A DNA stretch of 63,395 nt, filler included, from Deltaproteobacteria bacterium (GCA_030698575.1; 12 parts of 12 records of this genome joined end to end with filler, not necessarily neighbours in it), one strand, 5' to 3'. Numbered from the whole stretch's first letter, positions 1 to 10,245 are shown. The notes: a model not told the origin generated them from the sequence alone. Made by a program: numbers and translations.

Positions 1-133
1 TGGATTCGTCCGTTCCCACCTGGAGCAGCGTGCAAACGAACTCGAAGGCCTCGATACCCTTCATCTCGAAGAGCGGTTCGAGGATGTCGTGGTACTGGGC
101 GCCTATCTGTTCGGGGTCGAGCAGTCCCGTCAT
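1..133 (-). CDS. hypothetical protein, 5' part (runs off window)
   Basis: ATG at 133, 14 bp downstream of the HMG-CoA lyase stop; open frame MTGLLDPEQIGAQYHDILEPLFEMKGIEAFEFVCTLLQVG to the window edge. Confidence 0.5.
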   Translation of the reverse strand, partial: MTGLLDPEQIGAQYHDILEPLFEMKGIEAFEFVCTLLQVGTDES

Positions 134-147
134 GGGGTGTCGGATCC

Positions 148-1086
<939 letters not shown>

Positions 1087-1148
1087 GGCGACTCCGGCCC
1101 TCCCGAGCCTTCAGAGGAGCCTATTAGATACCACATCGAAAAGTGCGA

Positions 1149-1256
1149 AAAGTGGGACAGTCCCTCTTAATAAGGGGGACTGTCCCACTTTCCAGGCCCA
1201 CAAACAAAGCCCTCCCCGTCTGGGGGGAGGGCTCCAAAAGAGGGACTGTCCCTCTT
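1149..1256. repeat. REP-like palindromic cluster (3 x GGGAC[A/T]GTCCC plus a GC hairpin)
   Basis: 43-bp near-perfect palindrome at 1149-1191, hairpin at 1208-1233, 19-bp palindrome at 1238-1256; the same units recur at 25145-25263. Confidence 0.8.
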
Positions 1257-2043
1257 ATCGGTCCTTGAAGTCGGGCTTGCGCTTCTCGATGAAGGCTTTC
1301 ATCCCCTCGGTGCGGTCCTCGGTGCTGAACAGCCCGGCGAAGGCGTCCTGCTCGACCTGGAGGCCGTCGTCGATCTTCGCCTTGTCGAGCCCCTCGTCGA
1401 TGGCCCTCTTGGCCGCCGCCAGCGCCACCGCGCCATAGCTCGCCAGCTTGCCGGCGAGCTTCAGCGCCTCGTCCATGAGGTCGGCCGCGGGCACCACCGC
1501 GTTGGCCAGGCCAATCTGCAACGCCCGGTCGGCCTTCACGTTGTTCCCGCTCAGGATCATCTCCTTGGCGACGTTCGCCCCGCACTTGCGCGCGAGCCGC
1601 TGCGTGCCGCCGAAGCCCGGAATGATTCCGAGCTTGATCTCCGGCTGCCCGAAAACGGCGTGGTCGCTCGCCAGGATGATGTCGCATGCCAGCGCCAGCT
1701 CGGTTCCGCCGCCGAGCGCGAAGCCGTTCACCGCGGCGATGACGGGCTTCGGGAGCCGCTCGAGCTTGCGCATGACGGCGTGCCCCGCTTCGCCGAAGCC
1801 GCGCCCCCCCGCCTCGTCCATGTCGACCATGGCGGCGATGTCGGCGCCGGCCACGAAGGCTTTGTCGCCCGCACCCGTCACGATGACGACCTTGACGCCG
1901 TCGTCCTTCGCCACGCGATCGATGGCGTCGGAAAGCTCGCGCAGCGTGTCGGGGTTCAGCGCATTCAAAGCCTTGGGGCGGTCGACCGTGATCGTGGCGA
2001 TGCGGTCGGCCACTTCGAGCGTGATGTTCTGGAAGTCAGCCAT
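1255..2043 (-). CDS. crt: enoyl-CoA hydratase (crotonase)
   Basis: AFVAGADI, AVNGFALGGGTELALACD, FGQPEIKLGIIPGFGGTQRL. Confidence 0.92.
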   Translation of the reverse strand: MADFQNITLEVADRIATITVDRPKALNALNPDTLRELSDAIDRVAKDDGVKVVIVTGAGDKAFVAGADIAAMVDMDEAGGRGFGEAGHAVMRKLERLPKPVIAAVNGFALGGGTELALACDIILASDHAVFGQPEIKLGIIPGFGGTQRLARKCGANVAKEMILSGNNVKADRALQIGLANAVVPAADLMDEALKLAGKLASYGAVALAAAKRAIDEGLDKAKIDDGLQVEQDAFAGLFSTEDRTEGMKAFIEKRKPDFKDR

Positions 2044-2058
2044 GAGTCGTCTCCCCTG

Positions 2059-2913
2059 CTAGCGGTCGTACTTGTAGAAGCCGCGGCCCGTCTTGCGGCC
2101 CAGCCATCCGGCGTCGACGTACTTCCGGAGCAGCGGGCAGGGGCGGTACTTCGGATCCCCGAAGTCGCGGTAGAGAACCTCGAGAACGGCCAGCGAGGTG
2201 TCGAGGCCGACAAGATCGGCCAGCTCCAGCGGTCCCATGGGATGGTTGGCGCCGAGCTTCATGGCCGTGTCGATGGCCTCGGGCGTGGCGGCGCCTTCCA
2301 TGAGGAGATAGGCGGCCTCGTTCAGGATCGGAATGAGGCACCGGTTGACCAGGAACCCAGGCGAGTCGACGCAGGTGACCGGCGTTTTGCCGAAGCTCGT
2401 GCCCAGCTCGGTCACGACCTTCAGCGTCTCCTCGCTCGTGGCCATGCCACGGATGACCTCGACGAGCTTCATGATCGGCACCGGGTTGAAAAAGTGCATC
2501 CCCGCGAACTTCTCGGGCCGCTTGGTGTAGGTGGCGAGCCGTGTGATGCTGATCGAGCTCGTGTTGCTCACGATCAGCACGTCGGGGCCCACCAGATCCT
2601 CGATCTGGCCCAAGATCTCCTTCTTCTTCGCCTCGTCCTCCGTGATCGCCTCAATCACGATGTCGGCGTTCTTGATGTCCTCGAGCTTGTCGGTCGGCTC
2701 GATCTTCGAGAGCAGGTGCTCGCGCTGCTCCTGGGTGATCTTCCCCTTGTCGATGAGCTTGAGGAGCTGCTTGCCGATCCCCTCCTTCGACTTCGCCGCC
2801 TTGCCCGGAATGGTGTCACGGAGGGAGACATTCAAGCCGGTCTGCGCAGCCACCTGCGCGATGCCGGAGCCCATGATCCCGGCGCCGACGACAGCCACGT
2901 TCTTGATGCTCAT
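2059..2913 (-). CDS. hbd: 3-hydroxybutyryl-CoA dehydrogenase
   Basis: [44 protein letters not shown]. Confidence 0.93.
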   Translation of the reverse strand: MSIKNVAVVGAGIMGSGIAQVAAQTGLNVSLRDTIPGKAAKSKEGIGKQLLKLIDKGKITQEQREHLLSKIEPTDKLEDIKNADIVIEAITEDEAKKKEILGQIEDLVGPDVLIVSNTSSISITRLATYTKRPEKFAGMHFFNPVPIMKLVEVIRGMATSEETLKVVTELGTSFGKTPVTCVDSPGFLVNRCLIPILNEAAYLLMEGAATPEAIDTAMKLGANHPMGPLELADLVGLDTSLAVLEVLYRDFGDPKYRPCPLLRKYVDAGWLGRKTGRGFYKYDR

Positions 2914-3304
2914 GTTCGGGTCCTCTCTATGGCGACGGGGTCCGGGCCGGGCCCGGCGGGGGCAAAGGCCTGCCGTCGGGGAGAATTGCCGGATCTACCT
3001 GCCTGGAAGGGGATCGCCGGCGGGTCGCCTGGTGCACGGCAGTCTCTGGCTGCCGCCGGCCACGAAAAATCGAGCCTTTATACCGCGAAGCGGGCCGGGG
3101 GGTCAATCCGGGCCCGGGGGCCATCCGCCCTACGTCATCCGACCGATGCGAAAGGCGGGGCGCGCCTGATACCTACGACAGAGCGACAATAGACGCCTCT
3201 CCGACCCTCCTCTACGACGGTAGGGAACACTCGGCACACCCGTCGGCGAGCGCGAAACCGGCCACCGTGGCCGGCACCGCCGCCCAGAGAGAAGGAGAGA
3301 AGGA

Positions 3305-3867
3305 ATGGTGCTCGGAAATTCGAGACAACCACGTGCGGTATCCATGGCTTCGAACCGGGCGATCTACTCGATTGCCCTCATTGCATGCCTCGTCTTCGTG
3401 ACCGGCATGCTGCTCGTTCCAGGCGCAGCCGTGGCCAGCGGCCAGAATGGAAAGTTCTGTTCCCGGACGGCGACGATGGCCTTCAGCGCATGCGGCAGTG
3501 AGATCAGGGACGACTACGCGATTGCAATGGCCATCTGCTTGAACGTGTCCGACGATGACGATCGGGAAGAATGCACCAGCGATGCAAAGGAGGAGTACCA
3601 GGAGGCCACCGCGCGCTGCCGCGTGCAACTCGACGGGCGCCGCGATCTATGCGAGGCCATCGGCGAGGACCGGTACGATCCGGATTTCGACCCGGCTCTG
3701 TTTGACACGAACTTCACGAACCCGCCCCATCTGAACTCCCACTATCCCGTAAGGATCGGGAACCACTGGGAGTTCGAGGGAGCGGGCGAGCACATCGTCG
3801 TGGAGGTGCTGAACGAGACGAAGCTCATCGAAGGGGTGACCTGCGTCGTCGTCAACGATGTGGTCTC
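3305..3867 (+). CDS. secreted Cys-containing hypothetical protein, 3'-truncated by contig end
   Basis: RBS GGAGAGAAGG, hydrophobic signal-like segment, spaced Cys residues, open to the spacer; start may be 3344. Confidence 0.7.
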
Positions 3868-3967
3868 NNNNNNNNNNNNNNNNNNNNNNNNNNNNNNNNN
3901 NNNNNNNNNNNTTAATTAATTAANNNNNNNNNNNNNNNNNNNNNNNNNNNNNNNNNNNNNNNNNNNN
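3868..3967. other. artificial contig spacer (first of 11)
   Basis: N44-TTAATTAATTAA-N44; identical spacers at 7138, 10246, 12924, 21859, 25453, 28071, 38781, 49465, 52695, 60472. Confidence 0.99.
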
Positions 3968-4409
3968 CGCTGGGATAGAGCAGGCTCCGGAGGATCTGAC
4001 TCCCATCGAGGTGCGCCGACGCCCAGGCCATGAAAGGCCAGGGGGTGAGCCCGCCCCCCGGATCCTCGCGCAGGTAGAAGAAGCTGGCGCCCCAGGCAAC
4101 GAGGAACGCGAAGACGTAGGTCGGGTGGATCCGGAAGACGCGCCGGACGTAGAACTGCACAAGCTCCCCCGCGCTCCCTCCCCGGGAAGCGGACGACGCG
4201 AGGCAGAAGCCGCTCAGGAGAAAGAAGAGCTGGACAGCGCCCAGCGGCTGAAGGAACGGCGAGGCGGGCCCGCTGAAGAAGAAGGAACGCGCCGCATCGG
4301 GCATCGTGAGCGACCCGAGGCCGTGGCTCAGGAAGACCATCATCGCGGCGAGGCCGCGCATCCCGTCCAGTGAACCGATGTGCCTGGAATCACGCTGATC
4401 TGGCTGCAA
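3968..4409 (-). CDS. OafA-like membrane acyltransferase (Acyl_transf_3), partial
   Basis: SLDGMRGLAAMMVFLSH, AVQLFFLLSGF, FYVRRVFRIHP; TTG start with GGAG upstream. Confidence 0.85.
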
Positions 4410-4483
4410 CTGAAGCTCCGCCGGGGGGCCGCCCCTTAATAAACGTTGCCGTCCCGCCGGGCAACAGGCCGGGCAGCGAGAGG

Positions 4484-4537
4484 TTGCAAATTGAGCCCGG
4501 CTCAAGTAGCCTCGCCTTGAAATTGAGCCCGCCTCAA
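4484..4537 (+). promoter_or_regulatory. sigma70 promoter with two palindromic TetR-type operators
   Basis: TTGCAA-17bp-TAGCCT; TTGAGCCCGGCTCAA (4491-4505) and TTGAGCCCGCCTCAA (4523-4537). Confidence 0.7.
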
Positions 4538-4589
4538 ATACGGGCTGGAATCGCCGCCGGGCCCGGCGCCCCGCGGCAGGAGGCGCATC

Positions 4590-6254
4590 ATGGGTATTCT
4601 GAGCACACTCCTTCGCTCGGCGCTCGCGGCGCCTCGCGCCGGGGACGAGCCCCCCGAGCCCGGGCCCGCGACGCCGAACGGGCACCGCAGCTCGTCGCAC
4701 GACTGGCCCTTCCCCTTCCCCCAGCCGGGACGCCCGCGGCCGCACCCGATCCCCTCGAAGCGCGAGCGGCGCTGGCCCTTCGTCGACATGGACGCCGTCG
4801 ACGACAAGAAGATCGAGCCACGCCACGTTCCCTCCCCCGTATCGGCCGAGGAGTTCAAGCGCTCCATCTCCGGGTTTGCGGACGACGTGGGCATCATCCC
4901 GGTGGACGATCCCGCCATCGCCCACGAGCTGAAGGAGATCCTCTACGTCTATCCACATACAAAGTCTCTGGTTGTCCTCATCGGAGAGGAAAACAAGGCC
5001 GCGATGCAGTCGCGCTACCTGCCCTCGGCAAACCACGAGCTTTACTCCTGCGAGGAGCGGATTTTCGAGATGGGAAGGAAGACCATCCGGCACATCAACT
5101 CGCTCGGGGGCGATGGGCTGAGCACGACGATCGGCTGGCCGCAGGAGGTATCGCAGCGGTGGGCCGACAAGATATGGCCGCTCAGCCACAAGCTCGTCGC
5201 GCAGGCCGCCGGCCTGGGCGTCATCGGGCTGAGCCGAAATTTCCTCCACCGGAAGTTCGGGGCTTACTGCCTGATCGACACGGTGCTGACGAACCTCGAG
5301 TTTCCCCCCGAGGCTTACGCGAAGCCGATCGAGTGGAACCCGTGCATCGAGTGCAACCTCTGCGTCGCCTCCTGCCCGACAGACGCCATCAAGAACGACG
5401 GCGAGTTCGATTTCTTCGCCTGCTACAACCACACCTACCGCGACTCGATACCCGGCTTCCTCGATCTCGTCCGCGACCTCGCCGAGGCAAGTCCGAAGAA
5501 GTTCGAGAAGCGGTGGACCGACGCGGAGGTGGCCGCCCTGTGGCAGTCGATGGCCTTCAAGGTCGAGTACCGCTGCTTCAACTGCGTCGCGACCTGTCCG
5601 GCGGAGATTCACGACCTATTTCACGCCGACAAGGGCGTGCGCCGCGACTACCTGGCTCAGGCGCTCAAACCTCTTTCCTATACCCGGAGATACGCCGAGG
5701 AGCAGTTCGTCATCGACACACCGGGAGCCCGTGATGAACTCGGCATCCCTCCCGGCGAGTGGCGCACGCCGGTCGATCCGACGCACCCCACAGCCAAGGG
5801 AGTTCGTCTAATCCCGCTGCAGCGCATCCGCACTTCGAACGTCGATTCGATGATGCGCAACATGCCGCACTACTTCCGCTCCGGGGAGGCGAAGGGGCTC
5901 GACTTCACCTGCCAGTTCGATCTGACCGGTACGGGAGGCGGGCGCTGGGCGATGCGCGTGGCGGGGCAGCGCTGCGAAGTGCGCCCCGGCGACATGGAGA
6001 ACCCGGATCTCACCGTCCGCTGCCCGGCGACGCTTTACCTGGCCATTCACCGGGGCGATGCCAGCGCGGTGTGGGCCCTCCTTCTCGGGCGCGTGCGCCT
6101 CGGGGGCGATCGCCGGCTCTTCCTGACCTTTCCCGCGATCTTCGCGCAAACGCCCGGCAGCACACTCTTCCACCGCCTCGCCTGGCACGCGCGTCGATGG
6201 TGGCGCCGATCGGGCGGAGCGCCCCGGCAGGGGCGCGGACGGGGGGCGGCATGA
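4590..6254 (+). CDS. QueG/reductive-dehalogenase-like 2x[4Fe-4S] protein fused to an SCP2 sterol/lipid-binding domain
   Basis: LSHKLVAQAAGLGVIG..N..H..FG, CIECNLCVASCP and C..CFNCVATCP; C-terminal FDLTGTGGGRW...PDLTVRC...LGRVRLGGD (SCP2-like). Confidence 0.8.
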   Translation: MGILSTLLRSALAAPRAGDEPPEPGPATPNGHRSSSHDWPFPFPQPGRPRPHPIPSKRERRWPFVDMDAVDDKKIEPRHVPSPVSAEEFKRSISGFADDVGIIPVDDPAIAHELKEILYVYPHTKSLVVLIGEENKAAMQSRYLPSANHELYSCEERIFEMGRKTIRHINSLGGDGLSTTIGWPQEVSQRWADKIWPLSHKLVAQAAGLGVIGLSRNFLHRKFGAYCLIDTVLTNLEFPPEAYAKPIEWNPCIECNLCVASCPTDAIKNDGEFDFFACYNHTYRDSIPGFLDLVRDLAEASPKKFEKRWTDAEVAALWQSMAFKVEYRCFNCVATCPAEIHDLFHADKGVRRDYLAQALKPLSYTRRYAEEQFVIDTPGARDELGIPPGEWRTPVDPTHPTAKGVRLIPLQRIRTSNVDSMMRNMPHYFRSGEAKGLDFTCQFDLTGTGGGRWAMRVAGQRCEVRPGDMENPDLTVRCPATLYLAIHRGDASAVWALLLGRVRLGGDRRLFLTFPAIFAQTPGSTLFHRLAWHARRWWRRSGGAPRQGRGRGAA

Positions 6255-6877
6255 GCGCGCGCGTCGCAGAGCGCGGAGCGCGCAGGCGCCAGGGATGGCG
6301 GCGGGATCCGGAAGGACGGCGTGAGCGGGTGCTGCAGGCCGCGGTCCGCGCGTTCTCCCGAAAGGGATTCGCGGCTGCGCGCGTGCAGGACATCGCGCGC
6401 GCGGCGGGCGTCGCGGAGGGGACGGTTTTCCACCAGTTCGGATCGAAGCAGGGGCTCCTCGTCGCGGTGGGTGAGCGCTATGGCCAGGGGATGGCGCGCG
6501 CGGCCTTCGGCGGCGTGGGCGCCGACATTCAGCCCGGACAGGCCAGTGTCGTCGTTCACAATATTTTCGAGTACGTGCGCAAGACCGAGGGATCGCTGGC
6601 CGCCTTCCTGCTGACGAACGATCCCGCCGAGGGCGGTCCGGCCCAGGACGCCAACCGCCGACAGATGCTCGCGGCCATCGAGGCGATGCTCGAGCGCTGG
6701 ATGGAACGGGGGCTCATTCGGCCGGTGGACCCGCGCGTTTCAGCGGCGATCCAGTTCGGCCTCGTGGAGAACGCGCTGCGCGACTGCTTCCTGCGGGAGA
6801 AGGGTGAGCGGGAGGAGGAATACGTCCGGGAGGTCACGGCCTGCCTCACGGGATACCTTTCGCCGACCTCGGACTGA
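6251..6877 (+). CDS. TetR/AcrR family transcriptional regulator
   Basis: ATGA overlap with the upstream stop; HTH RVQDIARAAGVAEGTVFHQFGSKQGLL. Confidence 0.9.
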   Translation: MSARVAERGARRRQGWRRDPEGRRERVLQAAVRAFSRKGFAAARVQDIARAAGVAEGTVFHQFGSKQGLLVAVGERYGQGMARAAFGGVGADIQPGQASVVVHNIFEYVRKTEGSLAAFLLTNDPAEGGPAQDANRRQMLAAIEAMLERWMERGLIRPVDPRVSAAIQFGLVENALRDCFLREKGEREEEYVREVTACLTGYLSPTSD

Positions 6878-6908
6878 GGCCGCGGGGTCACCCGGCGGCC
6901 CCGGGTGG

Positions 6909-7137
6909 TCAGGGCCCCGCCTGGACCGGCGCCTCCGCCGTCGCACGGACGGCCGGCTTTCCTCCGCGAAGCGCCCGCGCCAGCAGGGCGTCGCGCCCGT
7001 AGATGTCGCGCCTGAAATGCACCGGCTCGATCCCCTCGGCCCAGGCCGTGAAATAGACCACGTAGACGGGTAGCTGCCGCTTCAGGTGGACCGTCCGCGT
7101 CGTTCCTCCCTCGATCGCAGCCACAAACTTCTCGCGG
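6909..7137 (-). CDS. L,D-transpeptidase (YcbB/LdtD-like), C-terminal fragment
   Basis: TRTVHLKRQLPVYVVYFTAWA...FRRDIYGRD. Confidence 0.8.
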
Positions 7138-7237
7138 NNNNNNNNNNNNNNNNNNNNNNNNNNNNNNNNNNNNNNNNNNNNTTAATTAATTAANNNNNNN
7201 NNNNNNNNNNNNNNNNNNNNNNNNNNNNNNNNNNNNN

Positions 7238-7440
7238 ATGGCCGCCGATATTTCGTTCTCGTCCGCGATCTCCTGCGTGATCGCGATCTTCTGATATCGC
7301 TCATAGGCCGCCTGATCTCCCACGTAGAGACAGTTGCAGTGGGTCGAATCCGCATAGACATACCAGGCCTCGCCGTCATGGTCCTGCGCCACGACCTTGC
7401 GCTGCGGAAAGGAGGCAATTCTAGGACTGGAAGGATGAAT
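7238..7440 (-). pseudogene. 5'-truncated remnant of a small lipoprotein-like gene
   Basis: PQRKVV..DGEAWYVYADSTHCNCLYVGDQAAYERY; in-frame TAA immediately upstream and no signal peptide. Confidence 0.45.
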
Positions 7441-7593
7441 TTAGAAGCCGTCAGGGCGCCTGCGCCCGGGACTCCCCGGCCGGGCCCCGGGCTATGGGGC
7501 CGGCGGTTGACAGGGGCTTGCCCCGCGTGAAAATGATGGTGCCCTCGGTGCCGTCTCCCGCGTCCGAAGCAAAAGATCGGAGGTAACGTTCCC

Positions 7594-8295
7594 ATGGTTC
7601 TTGCATCCATCACGCGTCCGCGCCAGGTCCTCGCGGCCCTTTCAGTCGCGCTGCTTCTCGCCGCCCCCGCGCCGTCGCTGGCGCAGGGAGCCGCCGCGCC
7701 CTTCACCGGCTGCTCCGCATCCGAATCGACCGATCTCGAGAACGCCATCATCGCAGCCCGGGCGCTGGCAGGCAGCGCCGCGACCTATCTGGAAGGCGTG
7801 TCGGAAGATCAACGCCGCTTCGACGCCCCGTACGAAACCTGGTTCGGCGCCTACGATGGTTGGCGGTACGGCCGGGTCATTGCGAACTACCGCGCGATCG
7901 AAGGCGGGCTCGCGCCCGCGTCCACGACGTTTAGCTGCGATTGTCCGTCGACGGCGGCGGGCGAGGAAGTTCACGTCGCGCAGGGGGGCGGCGGGATCGC
8001 CGTCTGCAAGGGTTTCTGGCTGGCGCCTGTGTCTGGAGGGCGCTCGCGCGCCGGGGCGCTGGTCCAGGCGGCGAGCCAGCTGCCGGGACCGGGGGGCGCC
8101 CAGTTGCTGGCCGCCACCCAGATTGAATCGACCACGCTGGCGGGACAGCGTCCTTCGGACGCCCTTCGCAACGCCGCCACCTACCGCTACTTCGCGGAGG
8201 AGAAAAAGGATGCGGGCGCCGAGCATCTTCCCGCCGCCCTGGCCCTCATCCTGCTGATCGTCGCCGTGCAAGGCTTCCGCCGCTGGAGCGCATGA
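7594..8295 (+). CDS. M35 (peptidyl-Lys metalloendopeptidase-like) pseudoenzyme with signal peptide and C-terminal TM+RR tail
   Basis: FTGCS, YETWFGAY, TFSCDC, VCKGFWLAP, SRAGALV, NAATYRYFAE; HExxH replaced by QAASQ; tail LPAALALILLIVAVQGFRRWSA. Confidence 0.8.
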   Translation: MVLASITRPRQVLAALSVALLLAAPAPSLAQGAAAPFTGCSASESTDLENAIIAARALAGSAATYLEGVSEDQRRFDAPYETWFGAYDGWRYGRVIANYRAIEGGLAPASTTFSCDCPSTAAGEEVHVAQGGGGIAVCKGFWLAPVSGGRSRAGALVQAASQLPGPGGAQLLAATQIESTTLAGQRPSDALRNAATYRYFAEEKKDAGAEHLPAALALILLIVAVQGFRRWSA

Positions 8296-8831
8296 GAGAG
8301 ATTAGTCGAAACACCTTCGCGGCCTTCCTGAACAGGCCGCTTCTGCTGCGCCTTGGGGCGCTGGGCGCGCTTGTATGCGTCTATCTCGCAGGATCGTGGG
8401 TTCCGCTTCGCGTCAATCTGGCCGAGGCCGCTGCGCTGGTGCTCGATCTCCTGGGCCTTTCCGCCGGCGTGACGCTGCAGGGGGATTCGGTCTATCTCGC
8501 CGTCGGTGCTTCCCGCATTGCGATTACCCGCGCCTGCACCTATCTCGACCTGGCTCTTATCCTCATGGTGTTCACGTGGCGCTTCGGCGCACCTTTGGGC
8601 GCCAACATTGTCCGCTCGGCGGGCGTGGCAGGGGCCGTCATGGTCATGAACCTCGCGCGCCTGGTCGTGGCGATAGCCGCCCATGCGGGGGGTGTGGCCT
8701 GGGGCCCCGCGCACGATCTGCCCGATACCGGCCTCTACCACGCCGCTATCGCAGCCGCTGTGATGCTCTGCGCGCGTCGCGACTGGCGGATGCTGGAGGC
8801 GCAGCGCGCCGCCTGCGCGCCACATGGCTGA
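8292..8831 (+). CDS. exosortase/archaeosortase family protein
   Basis: Multi-TM, 179 aa; IAITRACTY (Cys), MNLARL (Arg), AHDL (His) in canonical order; ATGA overlap with the upstream gene. Confidence 0.75.
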   Translation: MREISRNTFAAFLNRPLLLRLGALGALVCVYLAGSWVPLRVNLAEAAALVLDLLGLSAGVTLQGDSVYLAVGASRIAITRACTYLDLALILMVFTWRFGAPLGANIVRSAGVAGAVMVMNLARLVVAIAAHAGGVAWGPAHDLPDTGLYHAAIAAAVMLCARRDWRMLEAQRAACAPHG

Positions 8832-10245
8832 TCCCGCCTCCCTGGGCCGGCGCCTCCGGCCGTTACTGATCACTCTGGCGCTGATCGCACTCCTGGCGCT
8901 CGTCCTCCGGCAGGCGGCCCCGCGCCTCGTCCAGCAGGGACTCCTTCTCGTCGCCGATGCCTACGATCTGGAACCGCGCTCACTCGAAGTCCGGCGCGTC
9001 AGCTGGCGGCGCATCGAGATTACGAATGTGGTTCTCGGCAAGGCGCATGACATCGAGATTGATGAACTTGTTGCATCCTACAAGCCGCAGGATCTGATCC
9101 GTTTCCACATTGAAAGCGTGATGCTTAGGAAGCTGCGCGTCCGGGCGCGTGTCGACCGCGACGGCCTCGCGCCGGGGGTGCTGGCCACGCTGCTCTCGGG
9201 CGGGAAAGGCGCGGCGATCCGCCTGGACGACGCCCGGATCGAGGACGCCAGCCTCGATCTCGACTCACCCTTCGGCAGGTTGCGATCGCGCTTCGAGGGG
9301 CAGGGATCGCGGAGATCGGGGGGGATCACACTTCACGCGTCGGCCGGCGCGGACGAGGAGCGCCTGACGGCGCGGCTGGCTTTCACGCCAGCCGGTGAAG
9401 CGAAGACAGAGGGTACGGAGGAACGCGCGAGGCCCGTCGACGCCTTCCCCGCCGGGCGCGGCGTGCTGCGCATCGAAGGACGCGGTGCGACGATCGCGGG
9501 TGCCGTGACTGATCTGCATATGAATGCCGGACTCGATTTCAGCTCCGCCGGCGGCGAGGTGCGGATCTGGTCTCCCGGGGGCGCCGAGGTTCGCGCCGGC
9601 TCGCTCGACGCAGATCTCATGAAACGATTTTCATTTCCGGAGAGCATCCGCGAGGCGCTCGCGGAAAGGCTGCAACTCACGCTCGAGCGGGCGGCGGAGG
9701 ATGCGCCGCTCATCCAGATCCAGAGGTCGGGAGAGGGCTGGCGGATCGCCTGGGATGGCGGCGGGGGTGTCGGGGCCTCCGGAGGCGGCGCTGTCGATGC
9801 GAAGGCGCGGGGCGCCGTCACGCTGTCGTCGAAAGAGGGCGAGCCCCCTCACGTTTCGCTCGCGCCCGTCGCGCTCCGGGTGAGCGGGTGGAAGCTCTCC
9901 GCCGGGTCGCTGGACGCGGGAGAAATCCGGCTCGAAGGCGAGGGGACGCCCGATGCCTTCGAGGGGGAACTGCACGCTTCGGGGCGGGGTCGCGCCGTTG
10001 CGGGCGATGGGTCGAAGTATCTTCCGGTGGAGATGTCGCTTCAGGGAGAACTCTCCCTCGATCGAAACGCGCTGCGCATCACGCCCGGGAACTGTCTGAC
10101 GGTTCGGGTGGGGGAAATCGCGCTCGCGAAATTCGGGACGCTGGTACTCGAGGGGCTTTGCCTCGCCGCTCCGCCCGACGCGCCGCTCCTCTCGGTGACG
10201 CTCGAGGAGCGTCGTCTCCGCGCCATCTCCGTTCAGGGAATGTTT
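8824..10245 (+). CDS. YdbH/AsmA-like intermembrane bridge protein, partial
   Basis: N-terminal TM anchor followed by long amphipathic beta-strand-rich sequence; overlaps the upstream gene by 8 bp. Confidence 0.6.

Noticed and set aside
1149-1256. Possible mini-CRISPR array
   Set aside because: Units are inverted and irregularly spaced, with no unique equal-length spacers and no cas genes
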